From Blepharisma stoltei ATCC 30299 (Eukaryota > Protista > Ciliophora), in contig CBFDEM010000035.1 in assembly GCA_965603825.1 (NCBI GenBank), positions 716,131 to 780,130 on the forward strand: DNA of 64,000 nucleotides, in the 5' to 3' direction. Both the position numbers and the translations under genes were made by a program. This document shows positions 51,013 through 61,596 of this stretch, piece after piece (the stretch's first letter is position 1; each line of letters opens with the position of its first letter). The notes beneath the pieces are model-generated. The model was not told the DNA's origin. It made no database searches and worked only from the letters and a program-made list of their open reading frames with translations.

Positions 51013-51380
51013 ATGATTCATATAGCGCAAGAATTTAATAAGCTCAAACGAACTACATAAAGGAATCGAGTTAATATAGGACAAGTTTTTCCATTGGAAT
51101 GGACTGCTGATAGGCCTTAGAAACTCCTTTGAAGTTGGCAAATTTCGATTCAAGCTAATTTTCTATTCCAATTCTCCAACTTCTCTTCCGAATTTTTCTT
51201 CAAAACAAGAACTTTCCACCCAAATGTGGACTCTGACGGGAAAGCATGCACACAAGTTCTCAAATTCACTTTGAGGCCAAATATATCAATAAGCAGCATC
51301 TTGAATTCTATATGCGTTTTGCTAAGAGAGCCCTAACCTGATGCAGGGTATTTTAACGACGCAAGCCTTAGAAAGCAATG
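51013..51380 (+). pseudogene. E2 pseudogene (E2-4), closest to E2-6
   Basis: FHWNGLLIG, FHPNVDSDGKACT, SILNSICVLL, DAGYFND; stops and frameshifts. Confidence 0.85.
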
Positions 51381-51384
51381 ATAG

Positions 51385-52114
51385 GTTTACAAATTTCGTG
51401 AGGAGCATAGACAGCCACTCTTTTGCAGTGGCTTTATATGGAGTTTATAATATTATGAGAGAAAAAGAGATATCGAGCAGAATTTAAGGATTTTTAAAGA
51501 TCAAGCTAACCAAAAATTTTCATTCGTAAGCTCTATGCAGCTTGATACATTTGGCCACCAAGATTCAAAAGAGTTTTTAGTGTGCCTTTTATCAACATTA
51601 GAAGAGCTTTCTAGCGTAAGTTTGTCAAATATCACTCCAATTCAAGAGTCTATATGCATGAGTTGTATAAAGTCCCTACCATAATCAAGAAAATCAAAGC
51701 TTTTTTACGATTCCAAATAACCAAAAATCAAATCAGATGCATTTAAGAGACTTCAATGCAAGGTATAGAATTTTAGAGGAGATAATATACTCCATTGTCA
51801 ATTTTGTGAATCTCTGAGGAATATAAGTATTAAAACTAAGAGAATTTTATTCTGAAATGCTAATTTTTTATCTGCCAGCTTATAAAAATTTTCCTAATGC
51901 CAAAATTGAGGGAAAACTGAAGTTAGAAGAGTATGAATTCAGTCTCTATGGTTTTATATGAAGCTATGGCTCTGGAAATATTGGGCATTATACAACTCAT
52001 ATTAAAGATGGGAATGTTTGGAGATTATATAATGACTCAACTGTAAGTGATAAAAGCTATGATGCAGGAAATAGCTATTTAGTTTTTTATTTATTAAATA
52101 AGTCGAGGACTTAA
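51385..52114 (+). pseudogene. USP fragment without Cys box (USP-6; intron 51526-51540)
   Basis: HQDSKEF, LYGFI..GHYTTHIKDGNVWRLYND, YLVFY; frameshifts; abuts the E2-4 relic. Confidence 0.75.
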
Positions 52115-52308
52115 AAAATCCATAAATAATTTCAGTTAATTTTGTATCGTATAATGTAAATTTTCTTTTATTTCAATTATAAAAGAATTAACTTAAATTA
52201 ACAGGATATATCCTTTGCGAATTAGAAAAATAAATACTCATGCGCAAGGTTTAGCATATAACTATTTATTGAAATCTAGTTCCATTATTAAAATTTATAG
52301 AAATCAAA

Positions 52309-52749
52309 ATGCAACGACTTATGGACGAGTTTATCAATCTGCAAGACAGACCAGAACCTTATATCACTATAAACATAATAAATCACTCATTTTACAACTG
52401 AAAAGGAACACTTAATGGCCCTGATGGAACCCCATACGAAGGTGGCCTATTCGAGTTCGAAATTACATTTCCACCAAATTTCCCAACAAGTCCTCCTGAA
52501 TTTCTTTTTAAGACGCCAATTTTTCATCCAAACATTAGATCTGATGGGCACGTTTGTTGTGAAATCTTTTCAAATGCCTGAAACCCAAAAGTCCCTGTTA
52601 GAAACATCATTTCGTATGCAGTAGGATTATTAAATGAGCCTGAACCAAGAGCAGGATACCAAGGACCTGCCACAGAATTATGCTTGAAGAATCGAGAAGA
52701 TTTTAATAGGGAAGCAAGAAGATGGACTTTTGAGCATGCAATGGGGTAA
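52309..52749 (+). CDS. Ubiquitin-conjugating enzyme E2-5 (146 aa; 2 UGA=Trp; absent from the ORF track)
   Basis: MQRLMDEF..NWKGTLNGPDGTPYEGGLF..FPTSPP..IFHPNIRSDGHVCCEIFSNAWNP..ARRWTFEHAMG. Confidence 0.92.
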
Positions 52750-53666
52750 AAGGACAATTAAGATAATAAATTCTAGTAAATCTTAAGAATTTTTAATTAT
52801 CATTTTAAAATGTTTAGTAAGAGGTCTTAAGGTTATATAAATTGCAAAATACGAATACAGTGCAAAACGTATCACTGTTTTGAAAGACGATAAGTGATTA
52901 ACTAAAAGCATTAAACTTATAAAATTAGAGTAAAAGAGTCCAGCACAGATAGTAAGATTTACATATATTTCTGCAAGAGCATTGCTTGTCTTGGTCGGAT
53001 AAGATATTAAATATGAGCATCTGATCTTTAATCATATATTCAAAATTTAATTATATCAATGATAAAGGTAATTAGAATTGGCCTATATAATAAGAATGAA
53101 TAAAACTTATTTAGATTTTTACTCCTTAATATATTGCTTTAGAAAACCGTATATTGATTAAGTTCTTATTTTGTTAGGCATAATCTAATAATTTGAAATC
53201 AGCTAGAGAAATTGGAGTTGCAAATACTGGGTCCCTTAAGTTTGCGAATGCCTACTATATTTGGAATTTTCATATTGTCTATCGTTCATCAGCTAAAAGT
53301 TAAAGCCAATTCTCAGGCACAGCTAAAGTCAAATAATTGTATATGCTATAAAGGGCACAATTTCTAAACTAAACCCTAATTCTAAATTTAATTACTGATT
53401 CTATATCATTCAAAAATATATAATTTTTATCAATCAAAGCTGATTGGCAAGCCACTTAAAATGCATCCATAGCTTAGACTTAGAAAGAAATCCTGTGCTT
53501 CTTGAGGGCTTTAGTCAAGAGAAGTTATCTAAAATGAAATTTGTAGAGTTCAGAAAGTCTTTTCAGAAAATCAGATTTGACAGTGAATCTTAATGTAAAT
53601 ATAAGCATAAATCAAAGCAATATTATGCTAAAATAAATTATAGAATCATAATTATTTCCTTAGAAA

Positions 53667-55589
53667 ATGTCTGACGCACGAGTTTGAAAATTTTGCATCG
53701 CAGTCAATCTCACTTATTCCCTTAAACAATTTATCAATTTCGAAACCAATCTGTTGCTGTCTGAAACCTTAAATCAGGTACTAAATTCCTTACAATGAGA
53801 TGAACAAAATCAAAGGGAGCTAGCCTTTTTACGAGATGAGCTAGACCAAGTTTTAATAGATAATAGCTGAACTATTTCATGCATTGAAAAAGATCTTATT
53901 GATTTACCATTACAACAAAAGATCTTCTGTGCTGCTGATAAAATAATGATTTTAAAAGATCTTCCATCGAGAATTTGCTCAATTAAAATAAAAGAAAATG
54001 AAAATAGCTATTTTCTTGTCGCAGCGCTTTTAGAAAATGGCAAAGCACTTTATCATTGGAAAGATGAAGATTGATACAAAATTGGGTTTGATAAGTCCAT
54101 GCCTGATGAACCGCATTATTTTTACTTTTGCGAGGCTCCTCTACATGATATAGAGCGGATTTTAAACTCTAAATGCTATGAAAAAATATATTCGCTGCTT
54201 AGAGACTCGCATACCGAAAATGAGTCTCTACTAGATATTAGTGAAGCATCTGAAATAAACCAAAGAGCTAGCATAGATGAAAGTAAAGAAAGCAATGAAA
54301 TTATTGAAAAAGGGGTAAAAGATACAAAAAATCAAGAATTACAAACTGAAATTGACAATGAGCAAGTCTGCAAACTTAAGCTATCAATTAAAAATTTACA
54401 GCAAAATGTAAAAAAACTCGAAGGTTCAAATCAGAAATCGCAAAACCTAATAAATTCTTTGAAACATGAAATTCATGAGCTTAAGGAGCAAAGAAAAGCC
54501 TCAGAAGATATAAAAAATAAATATGAATCGGAAATCGCTAACCTTGAAAAAGAAAAGAAAGAAATGCATGACACCATTCAGCTCCTTCATAATCAAGGAC
54601 AACAAATGAGCGCGGGCCATAATTTCCAACTAGTCCAATTGGAAAAATTAAATCACGATTTAGTTTATGAGAATGAATCATTAAGAGAAGAATGCAGAAA
54701 ACTTAAAGAAAGTCAAATAATTGAGCTACCTCCCAATCGTAAGCACGGCCTTCCTAATTTAGGAAACACCTGCTATTTGAATTCTCTTTTACAAATATTT
54801 TCGAGTACTCCTGCCTTTGAGGCTGCACTTCAAAGTTTAACCCAGCCATTTTCAAAATCTCTTAAAGACCTTTTGCTCAATATGAAAAAGGACAACAGCC
54901 CTCGGACTATTGGAGGCTTGACAAAGTTATTTTTATCAAATCTGGTGCAAAATTATCCGTTTGTAAAAGTTATTTAGCTTGTAGCTTACACTCAGCAAGA
55001 TCCTAAAGAAGTTTTGAATATGATTTTAAGCAAATTAGGAGAAGAACAAAGGAATTTTGATATTTTTTCAATTGTTTTTGAGCAAAACCTAATATGCAGT
55101 AAAAAGCACAAATCAGCTTATTCAGATGTCAGCTCATTTTTAGTAATTCCTCCACAATATAAAGAATACCCAGAGAATTTTATCCTCAGCAAAATTAATA
55201 ATCCTTCAAAGATTAAATCATTTTGCAGTCCATGCAAAAAAGAAGCTGATATTAGCATTTCTGCGACTCTACCCGTCTACCCACAACATCTTATCTTTTA
55301 TTTTCCAGCTTCTCCTCAGGCTCTAAAACCTTATATTCATTTTAATAAAAACAATTGATATGAATTATATGGAGCTATTTGCTATTATCAAGAAGAAAGC
55401 TTTCATTATACTGCATTAACTAAAGATGGAGTTGATTGAAATGAGTATAATGATGAGCACGTTGAAGCTAAAAGCATAAACCCATCCCTAGTATTTTTAG
55501 CATTTTATTCTAAAGCACCTCCATCAATTCCTGGTACAAAGGCTGCTCCCATCCCTACATCTGTTAAAAAAAAGGAGAAATGATTCTAG
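53667..55589 (+). CDS. USP with degenerate N-domain + coiled coil (USP-7; intron 54963-54977; UGA=Trp)
   Basis: Continuous frame from ATG 53667; GLPNLGNTCYLNSLLQ, QQDPKE, FHYTAL, W(TGA)NEYND, FLAFY. Confidence 0.85.
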
Positions 55590-55633
55590 CGTATATTTCG
55601 CATTACTTTCTATAATAATTATTTTAGAATAAA

Positions 55634-56071
55634 TTAAACTGCATACATATGCGTCCACATCCTAGCTATTCTTTCATATTCCTCTTTATCAGCGCTTCTG
55701 ACTGCAGTTGCATCATTAAGGTATCCATCCTCAGTGCTAGGTTCACTCATCAGCACACAAATGCTATCAAGGATCGATTTTACTGTTGTTGTGCTTTGCC
55801 ACTTGTAATTAAGCAGCATTGTGCAAGCTTTGCCGTTCGAGTCCACGTTTGGATGGAAAATAATCGTTTTGAAGTAAAACTCTGGAGGACTTTGAGGGAA
55901 ATCTTGAGGGAAAAGAATCTCAAATTGGAATCTTCCGCCTTCAAAAGGAGTTTCTGGTGGGCCTATTAGTACCCCACCTCAGTGATAGAAATCATTGTTG
56001 ATTAAATAAACTAATAAACCGTCAGTTGGATCTTCACAAAATTTTGCGAAATCGGCCTGGAGCTTTTGCAT
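55634..56071 (-). CDS. Ubiquitin-conjugating enzyme E2-6 (145 aa; 1 UGA=Trp)
   Basis: HWGGVLIGPPETPFEGG, FPQSPP, FHPNVDSNGKACTMLL..W, ARMWTHMYA; head-to-head with the E1 gene. Confidence 0.92.
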
Positions 56072-56393
56072 ATATGTAGAATTATAAATAATAATTTTTT
56101 GCATTAGGGCCATAAAGAAATTAAAAAGTTTAAAATAAATGAATTAGGAAATGCATCTTGTGTTTTTATTGCTTCATTCTTATATGATAGAGTCTTCATG
56201 TCTTTCGCTAACTATTTTTCTATTTATCCAGAAATTGCTAAATTAGTCTTAAGTCCCTTAATATTTCTGGACTCAGGAATTTTGCCTAAGCTGATTTTCC
56301 CATAAACCCATCCTTACTTTACCTCGTTGCTCATATTTTCATCTTTATTCACACTTTTAACTGAGAACTAAGGATTCTACATTTTTGTTAATA

Positions 56394-59300
56394 ATGTCAA
56401 GTCAAGATCATCTCTATTCGCGCTCAATCGCTGCTATTGGTATGACGACTCAAAAAAAGCTTTTCACCATCCGAGTCTTGATTTCTGGTCTCCGAGGAGT
56501 CGGTCTAGAAATCGCTAAAAACTTGATCTTAGCTGGTCTCAATACAGTAACTTTGCATGATGATTCTATAATTTCGCTTTATGACTTAGGGACCAACTTT
56601 TACATAAGCGAGTCTCATATAAACCAAAACCGAGCTGAATCAGTTGTCTCCAAACTCCAAGAACTCAACCCAAACGTCTCAGTAAACATCCATAAAGGAG
56701 AAATTACCCAAGAAGTTATTTCTCAACACTCATTGGTGCTTCTTACAGAAAGTGATGGCGCCACGCTCAGAAGGGTGAATTCCATTTGCAGAGAGCTAAG
56801 TCCTCAAGTAGGTTTTGTGTCTGTTGAAGCCTGAGGAGTAGCTGGGCACATTTTTGTGGATTTTGGGGACAATTTCGAAGTTTCTGATAGAAATGGGACA
56901 GACCTGAAGAGTTATTTGATTACCAATATAAGCAAAAGCAATCCTGGAGTAGTAATGATAGATGAGAAGCAAAGGCAAATGCTTCAGAATGGAGAATATG
57001 TAAGGTTCAAAGAAGTGGAAGGAATGACTCCTCTTAATGATGGCAGAGAACGAATGGTGACTTATATAGACCAGCACAGCTTTTCAATAGATGAAGATAC
57101 CACAGAATACCCAGATTATGTAAAATATGGAATCGTTGAAGAGGTCAGAAAACCTTTCCATTATGATTTTCGGCCTTATGAAGTTTCTATTAAAAATCCT
57201 GAAGAATTAAAGCCTTTCATACAGTCTGATTACTCAAAAGAAAACAGGCCTCCTCATCTACATTTAGCTATGCTTGCTATCAGAAAATTCCAAGAAGTTC
57301 ATGGATTTCTCCCTGAAGTCCACAATGAAGACCACGCAAATCTCTGTGTGATTTATGCAAGGGAAATCAGAGAGGTTTCTTCACAAGAGTTTGGCATAGA
57401 TGCAATTGATGAATCCATCATCAAAAACGTCGCGAAGTATGCAAGACTGCAAATTCCTCCAGTTACTTCAATATTTGGAGGAATTGCGGCTCAAGAAGTC
57501 ATAAAATTCACTGGAAAATTTACTCCAATCCAGCAGTGGTTTCATATAGACTGGTTTGAGCTAATCCAGCCAACTGCAAGCATTGTTGACTCAAGGTATC
57601 ATGATCTCCAAGCCATTATTGGAGAAGAAGGAGTCAATAAGCTTAAATCAGTCAATTTATTTATGGTCGGGTCTGGGGCTTTGGGATGTGAATTGCTAAA
57701 GCTTTTTGCATTGTCTGGAATTTGCTGTGGGTCTGGAGAACTTACTGTCACTGACGACGATAACATAGAAGTCTCCAATCTGACGAGACAGTTTTTATTC
57801 AACATGACTAATGTGGGACAATCCAAAAGTGAATGCGCCACAAGGATAGCGAAAATTATGAACCCAGAAATTAACGTCACTGCTTTGAAAAACAGAGTTT
57901 GCCCAGAAACAGAAAACTTGTTTAACGATAGGTTTTGGGGGAAATTAAATGCAGTTTTTGGGGCTGTGGATAATGTACATGCACGAGTTTATGTAGATTC
58001 TAAATGTGTTTGGTATAAAAAGCCACTCTTTGAAAGCGGAACAGAAGGGACAAAAGCGAATTCTCAAGTAATCATTCCGTTTTTAACTCAAACATATTCA
58101 GATATTCCACAAATGTCTGAAGAGAAAATCCCTGAGTGTACTTTAAAGTCTTTTCCATATGCAATTTCTCACTGTATTGAGTGGTCTCGAGAAAAATTGT
58201 CAGATTACTTTACTTCTGGCCCTGGAGAGCTAAATAAGTACTTGGAAAACCCTGAGGCTTATATGCAAAAACTACGAAGCATGAGGAACGCTGCAATGCA
58301 AGTTACCCAGCTAAAGCAGCTAAAAGAATATTTAGAGCTTTCTAAAATAAGCAGCTTTGACGATTGTATTGCTGTCGCAAGACAAAAACTTAATGAGCTA
58401 TTTAATGAAGAAATTAGATCATTATTACATCAATTTCCCCCTGATGCAAAATGGTCAGAAGGTGGCGATTTTTGGTCAGGAACCAGGAGATTACCTGAGC
58501 CTTGCATTTTTGACACAGAAAAAGAAGATCATATAGGATTTATAGAAGCTTATGCAAATTTGGTAGCCTTTAACCTTAACATTCCACAGAATAGAGACAG
58601 GAATTACATAAAAGAAGTGGTGTCTAAGGTCCAAGTTAGGGAGTTTGTCCCAAGAAAAGTCTATATACAATTAGAAAATAGCGAGGATCAGCAGCCGCAA
58701 CCAACAGGAGAAACTGACATAAAATTAAGAGAAGAATTGCTGAGCTGGACTGAAGGATTTTCATTAGAAAATGCCAAGCCTATGACACCAATTGCATTTG
58801 AAAAAGATGATGATACTAATTTCCACATTGATTTTATCCACACTGCTTCAAATTTGAGGGCAAATAATTACAAAATTTCAACTATAGAAAGGCACAAAAC
58901 CAAGGTTATTGCTGGAAAAATCATCCCAGCTCTTGCAACTACAACTGCAGTTATTGCGGGAATCGGGGTAGCTGAATTTATTAAATATACTCTTGAGTTA
59001 GAATTAGAAAAAATGAGGGATAGCTTTATGAACTTGGCGAGTCCGTTTATCCTTTTCCCAGAACCTCGGCCTGCAATAGTGATTAAATCTGTTGAATATG
59101 ATGAAATTTTAGCTGCTCCCAAGAGGGCATATAATGACGGCTTTACCAAATGGGACGATATTGTCATTGATGGGCCTTGCACAATGGGAGAGCTAGTTGA
59201 CACTTTGAAAGAAAAATACAAGGTTTCCCCATTGCAGATTGCCTGTGGAAAGTTCTGCTTGTTTAATCAATATTCAAGAGATAATAAAGATGAGCTACTT

Positions 59301-59447
59301 AAAAGAGAAGTTTATGAGCTATACAAAGAAATTAGTGGAGACAAAACAGAGGGTAAAACGTCGGTTGGTCTCATATTATTTGCAGTCTCAGTTGAAGATA
59401 AAGCTCAAATGATGCTTCCACCTTTGAAGTATATTTTCAGTCATTAA
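56394..59447 (+). CDS. Full-length UBA1/UBA6/UBA7-type E1 activating enzyme (1017 aa; UGA=Trp at 56832-56834)
   Basis: YSRS..GLRGVGLEIAKNLILAG, GSGALGCELLK, DDDNIEVSNLTRQFLF, DNVHAR, catalytic PECTLKSFP..HCIEW, FEKDDDTNFHIDFI, AGKIIPALATTTA, C-terminal UFD. Confidence 0.97.
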
Positions 59448-59580
59448 CATTTAATTAAAATATATCGAAGTATTATTTCGCTTATTATTAGTTTAAATAT
59501 TTAACAATTTATAAAGATAGAAAATTAGATCATTTATTTTCCATTTTTACTTAATTTTATTAATTAATTGTAGATTTGAA

Positions 59581-61596
59581 ATGAAAATTCCTGAGGATCA
59601 GAAATACTGAGATTTATGCGCATCTATTTGCTTAATTAATACTATATCAGAATATCTTCATAATGATGAAGATCAAATTAGCAGTTTAATGCAAATAGAG
59701 CAAGCTCTAAAAGATTCTCAAAAATTTAACTTGAAAGAAGAATCAATAAAACAGCTGTGAGATCATACTGAAACGAAAAAAGATAGCATTTGAAGCTGGC
59801 TCAACATTATTTTGGATGGTTGTTATCTATGAAATTTGCTTTTTTATCGAGAAGAAAATACAACTTATATTTCTTCATTAAATTATTGAAAGTTAGCCTG
59901 AGGGGAATATATGAAAAATAAGTCTGCTTACTTAGCTTGTATCAGCAGTACAGATAAGCCTAAAGTCTTATTAGAAAATAGCTATGGTAAATTCTTGCTG
60001 GTGTTAGCATTTTCTAATTCTGAAAAAATTATGTATTATTTTAAGAAAAATTCATGATTTGCGTTAGGGAATAGAGAAGAAAGCATGGTAACTTTTCTCC
60101 CTGATATGTATTTATTGTACATAAGAACGGAAGATTGTCAATTTCACGAAGATATTAATTACGCTGAACAATTTTTGATTTTGAATAGCATGGATAACCT
60201 ATCAATTTTTTCAAAATTGGAACATTCATATTATTCTGAGCGATATGAGAAATCAAGAGACATAGAGACATTGACTAACGAAAATGATATTCTTAAAAAA
60301 TCGCTCAATAAAGAAGCACATAAATATTCGGAGAGACTTGAGAATCAAGAAAGAGATATAGAAAGATTGACTGCTGAGAATGAAACTCTTAACAAATCAG
60401 TAAATGAAGCTTCAGGTGCAATGTCAAAACAAAAATCTGAAATTGAAAAACTTAAAAATGAAATTTCTAATTTAAAACAGCTATTAAATAATAAAGAAAG
60501 AGAAGCAGAAAATCTAGAAAAAGCTAATAAAGCATTGGAATCTGAGCTCAACAAGCAAAAGCAAAGCAATAACTCGCTCCAAAGTGAATATGATAAGTTA
60601 ATGCAGTATAATAATAATTTATCTTCGAAAAACAAAGAGCAAGTGCAATCCGAGCTTGAAAAGTTTTATAGCAAGATAAATCAAGCCTGTGATGAACTTA
60701 ATCAAGGCATAATCTCAACAATTCATTGTCCAGAAGCTGAACTAGTTCGTAAAGATCACACCCTCAAACAGTATGACCTTTCAGCAAGTTCTCATTTGAA
60801 AGAATCAAAAACTTCTATATTTCCTAATATTAAACAGGGAATTCCCAATCTCGGAAACACTTGCTATTTGAACTCAGTTTTGCAAATCTTCGCAAGCACA
60901 AATACGCTTTTTGAATTTATTGGTACAAAAGAGGATAGCTTGTCAATAGCCTTATATAATGTTCTTTTAGCTATTCGAATGGGAAGCTTTGAAGCATTAG
61001 TAAGATCATTAAAATCAGAGATTGACGCAGTCTTTCCGATGTTCTTGCATGGAGAGCAACAGGATGCAAAAGAACTACTCGTAACACTATTTGATCATAC
61101 TTTAGATGCAAGAGCAAAATCATTATTCTCTTTTTGCTACCATGAGAAGCTGCCTTGCGATAACTGCGGAAAAGTATCACTTCTAATAAGGGAGGAAAAT
61201 TTACTTCTTATTCCAAGCCATGAAACAAGTATTACATCTTTTCTTAATAAAATAACAGAACCAAAAAGCATTCAAGGTCAAGGACTGAAATGTGAATCAT
61301 GCAATCAATTTTCAATTTTTAAAACAGAAATCACTAGTATTGAGTCTCCACATTACTTAATTTTCTACTTGTCTAGGTCAGAAAATGGAAACCCAAGGCC
61401 TTATAATTTTTTAGAAGAGACTTTAACATTAAATAGCCAAACTTACTGCTTGTATGGAGTTATTTGCTATTATAAGAATGGAAATGGAGGGCACTATACA
61501 GCATTTACAAGGGATGGAGACCAATGGAACAATTATAATGACAATATTGTTGGAATTAAAACCTTTGACCAAAATGATGCTTATTTAGGGTGTTAG
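59581..61596 (+). CDS. USP with degenerate N-domain + coiled coil (USP-8); intronless; 3' end overwritten by telomere
   Basis: Frame open from ATG 59581 with 7 UGA=Trp; GIPNLGNTCYLNSVLQ, QQDAKEL, GGHYTAF, WNNYND; ends AYL-GC-stop inside telomeric repeats. Confidence 0.85.

Noticed and set aside
56832-56834. Premature stop or split E1 (SAE1/SAE2-like heterodimer)
   Set aside because: The downstream ORF is in the same frame and UGA is Trp throughout the window, so this is one 1017-aa E1.
38257-61596. Giant-virus or bacterial insertion as the origin of the UBL cluster
   Set aside because: The genes use host UGA=Trp and host-type 15-nt introns at a shared position, and no viral or mobile hallmark genes are visible. 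An ancient transfer is not excluded.
42221-61596. Selenocysteine at UGA codons of E2, USP or E1 genes
   Set aside because: The alignable UGAs fall at conserved Trp positions, the catalytic residues are TGT/TGC, and I noticed no SECIS-like hairpin downstream.
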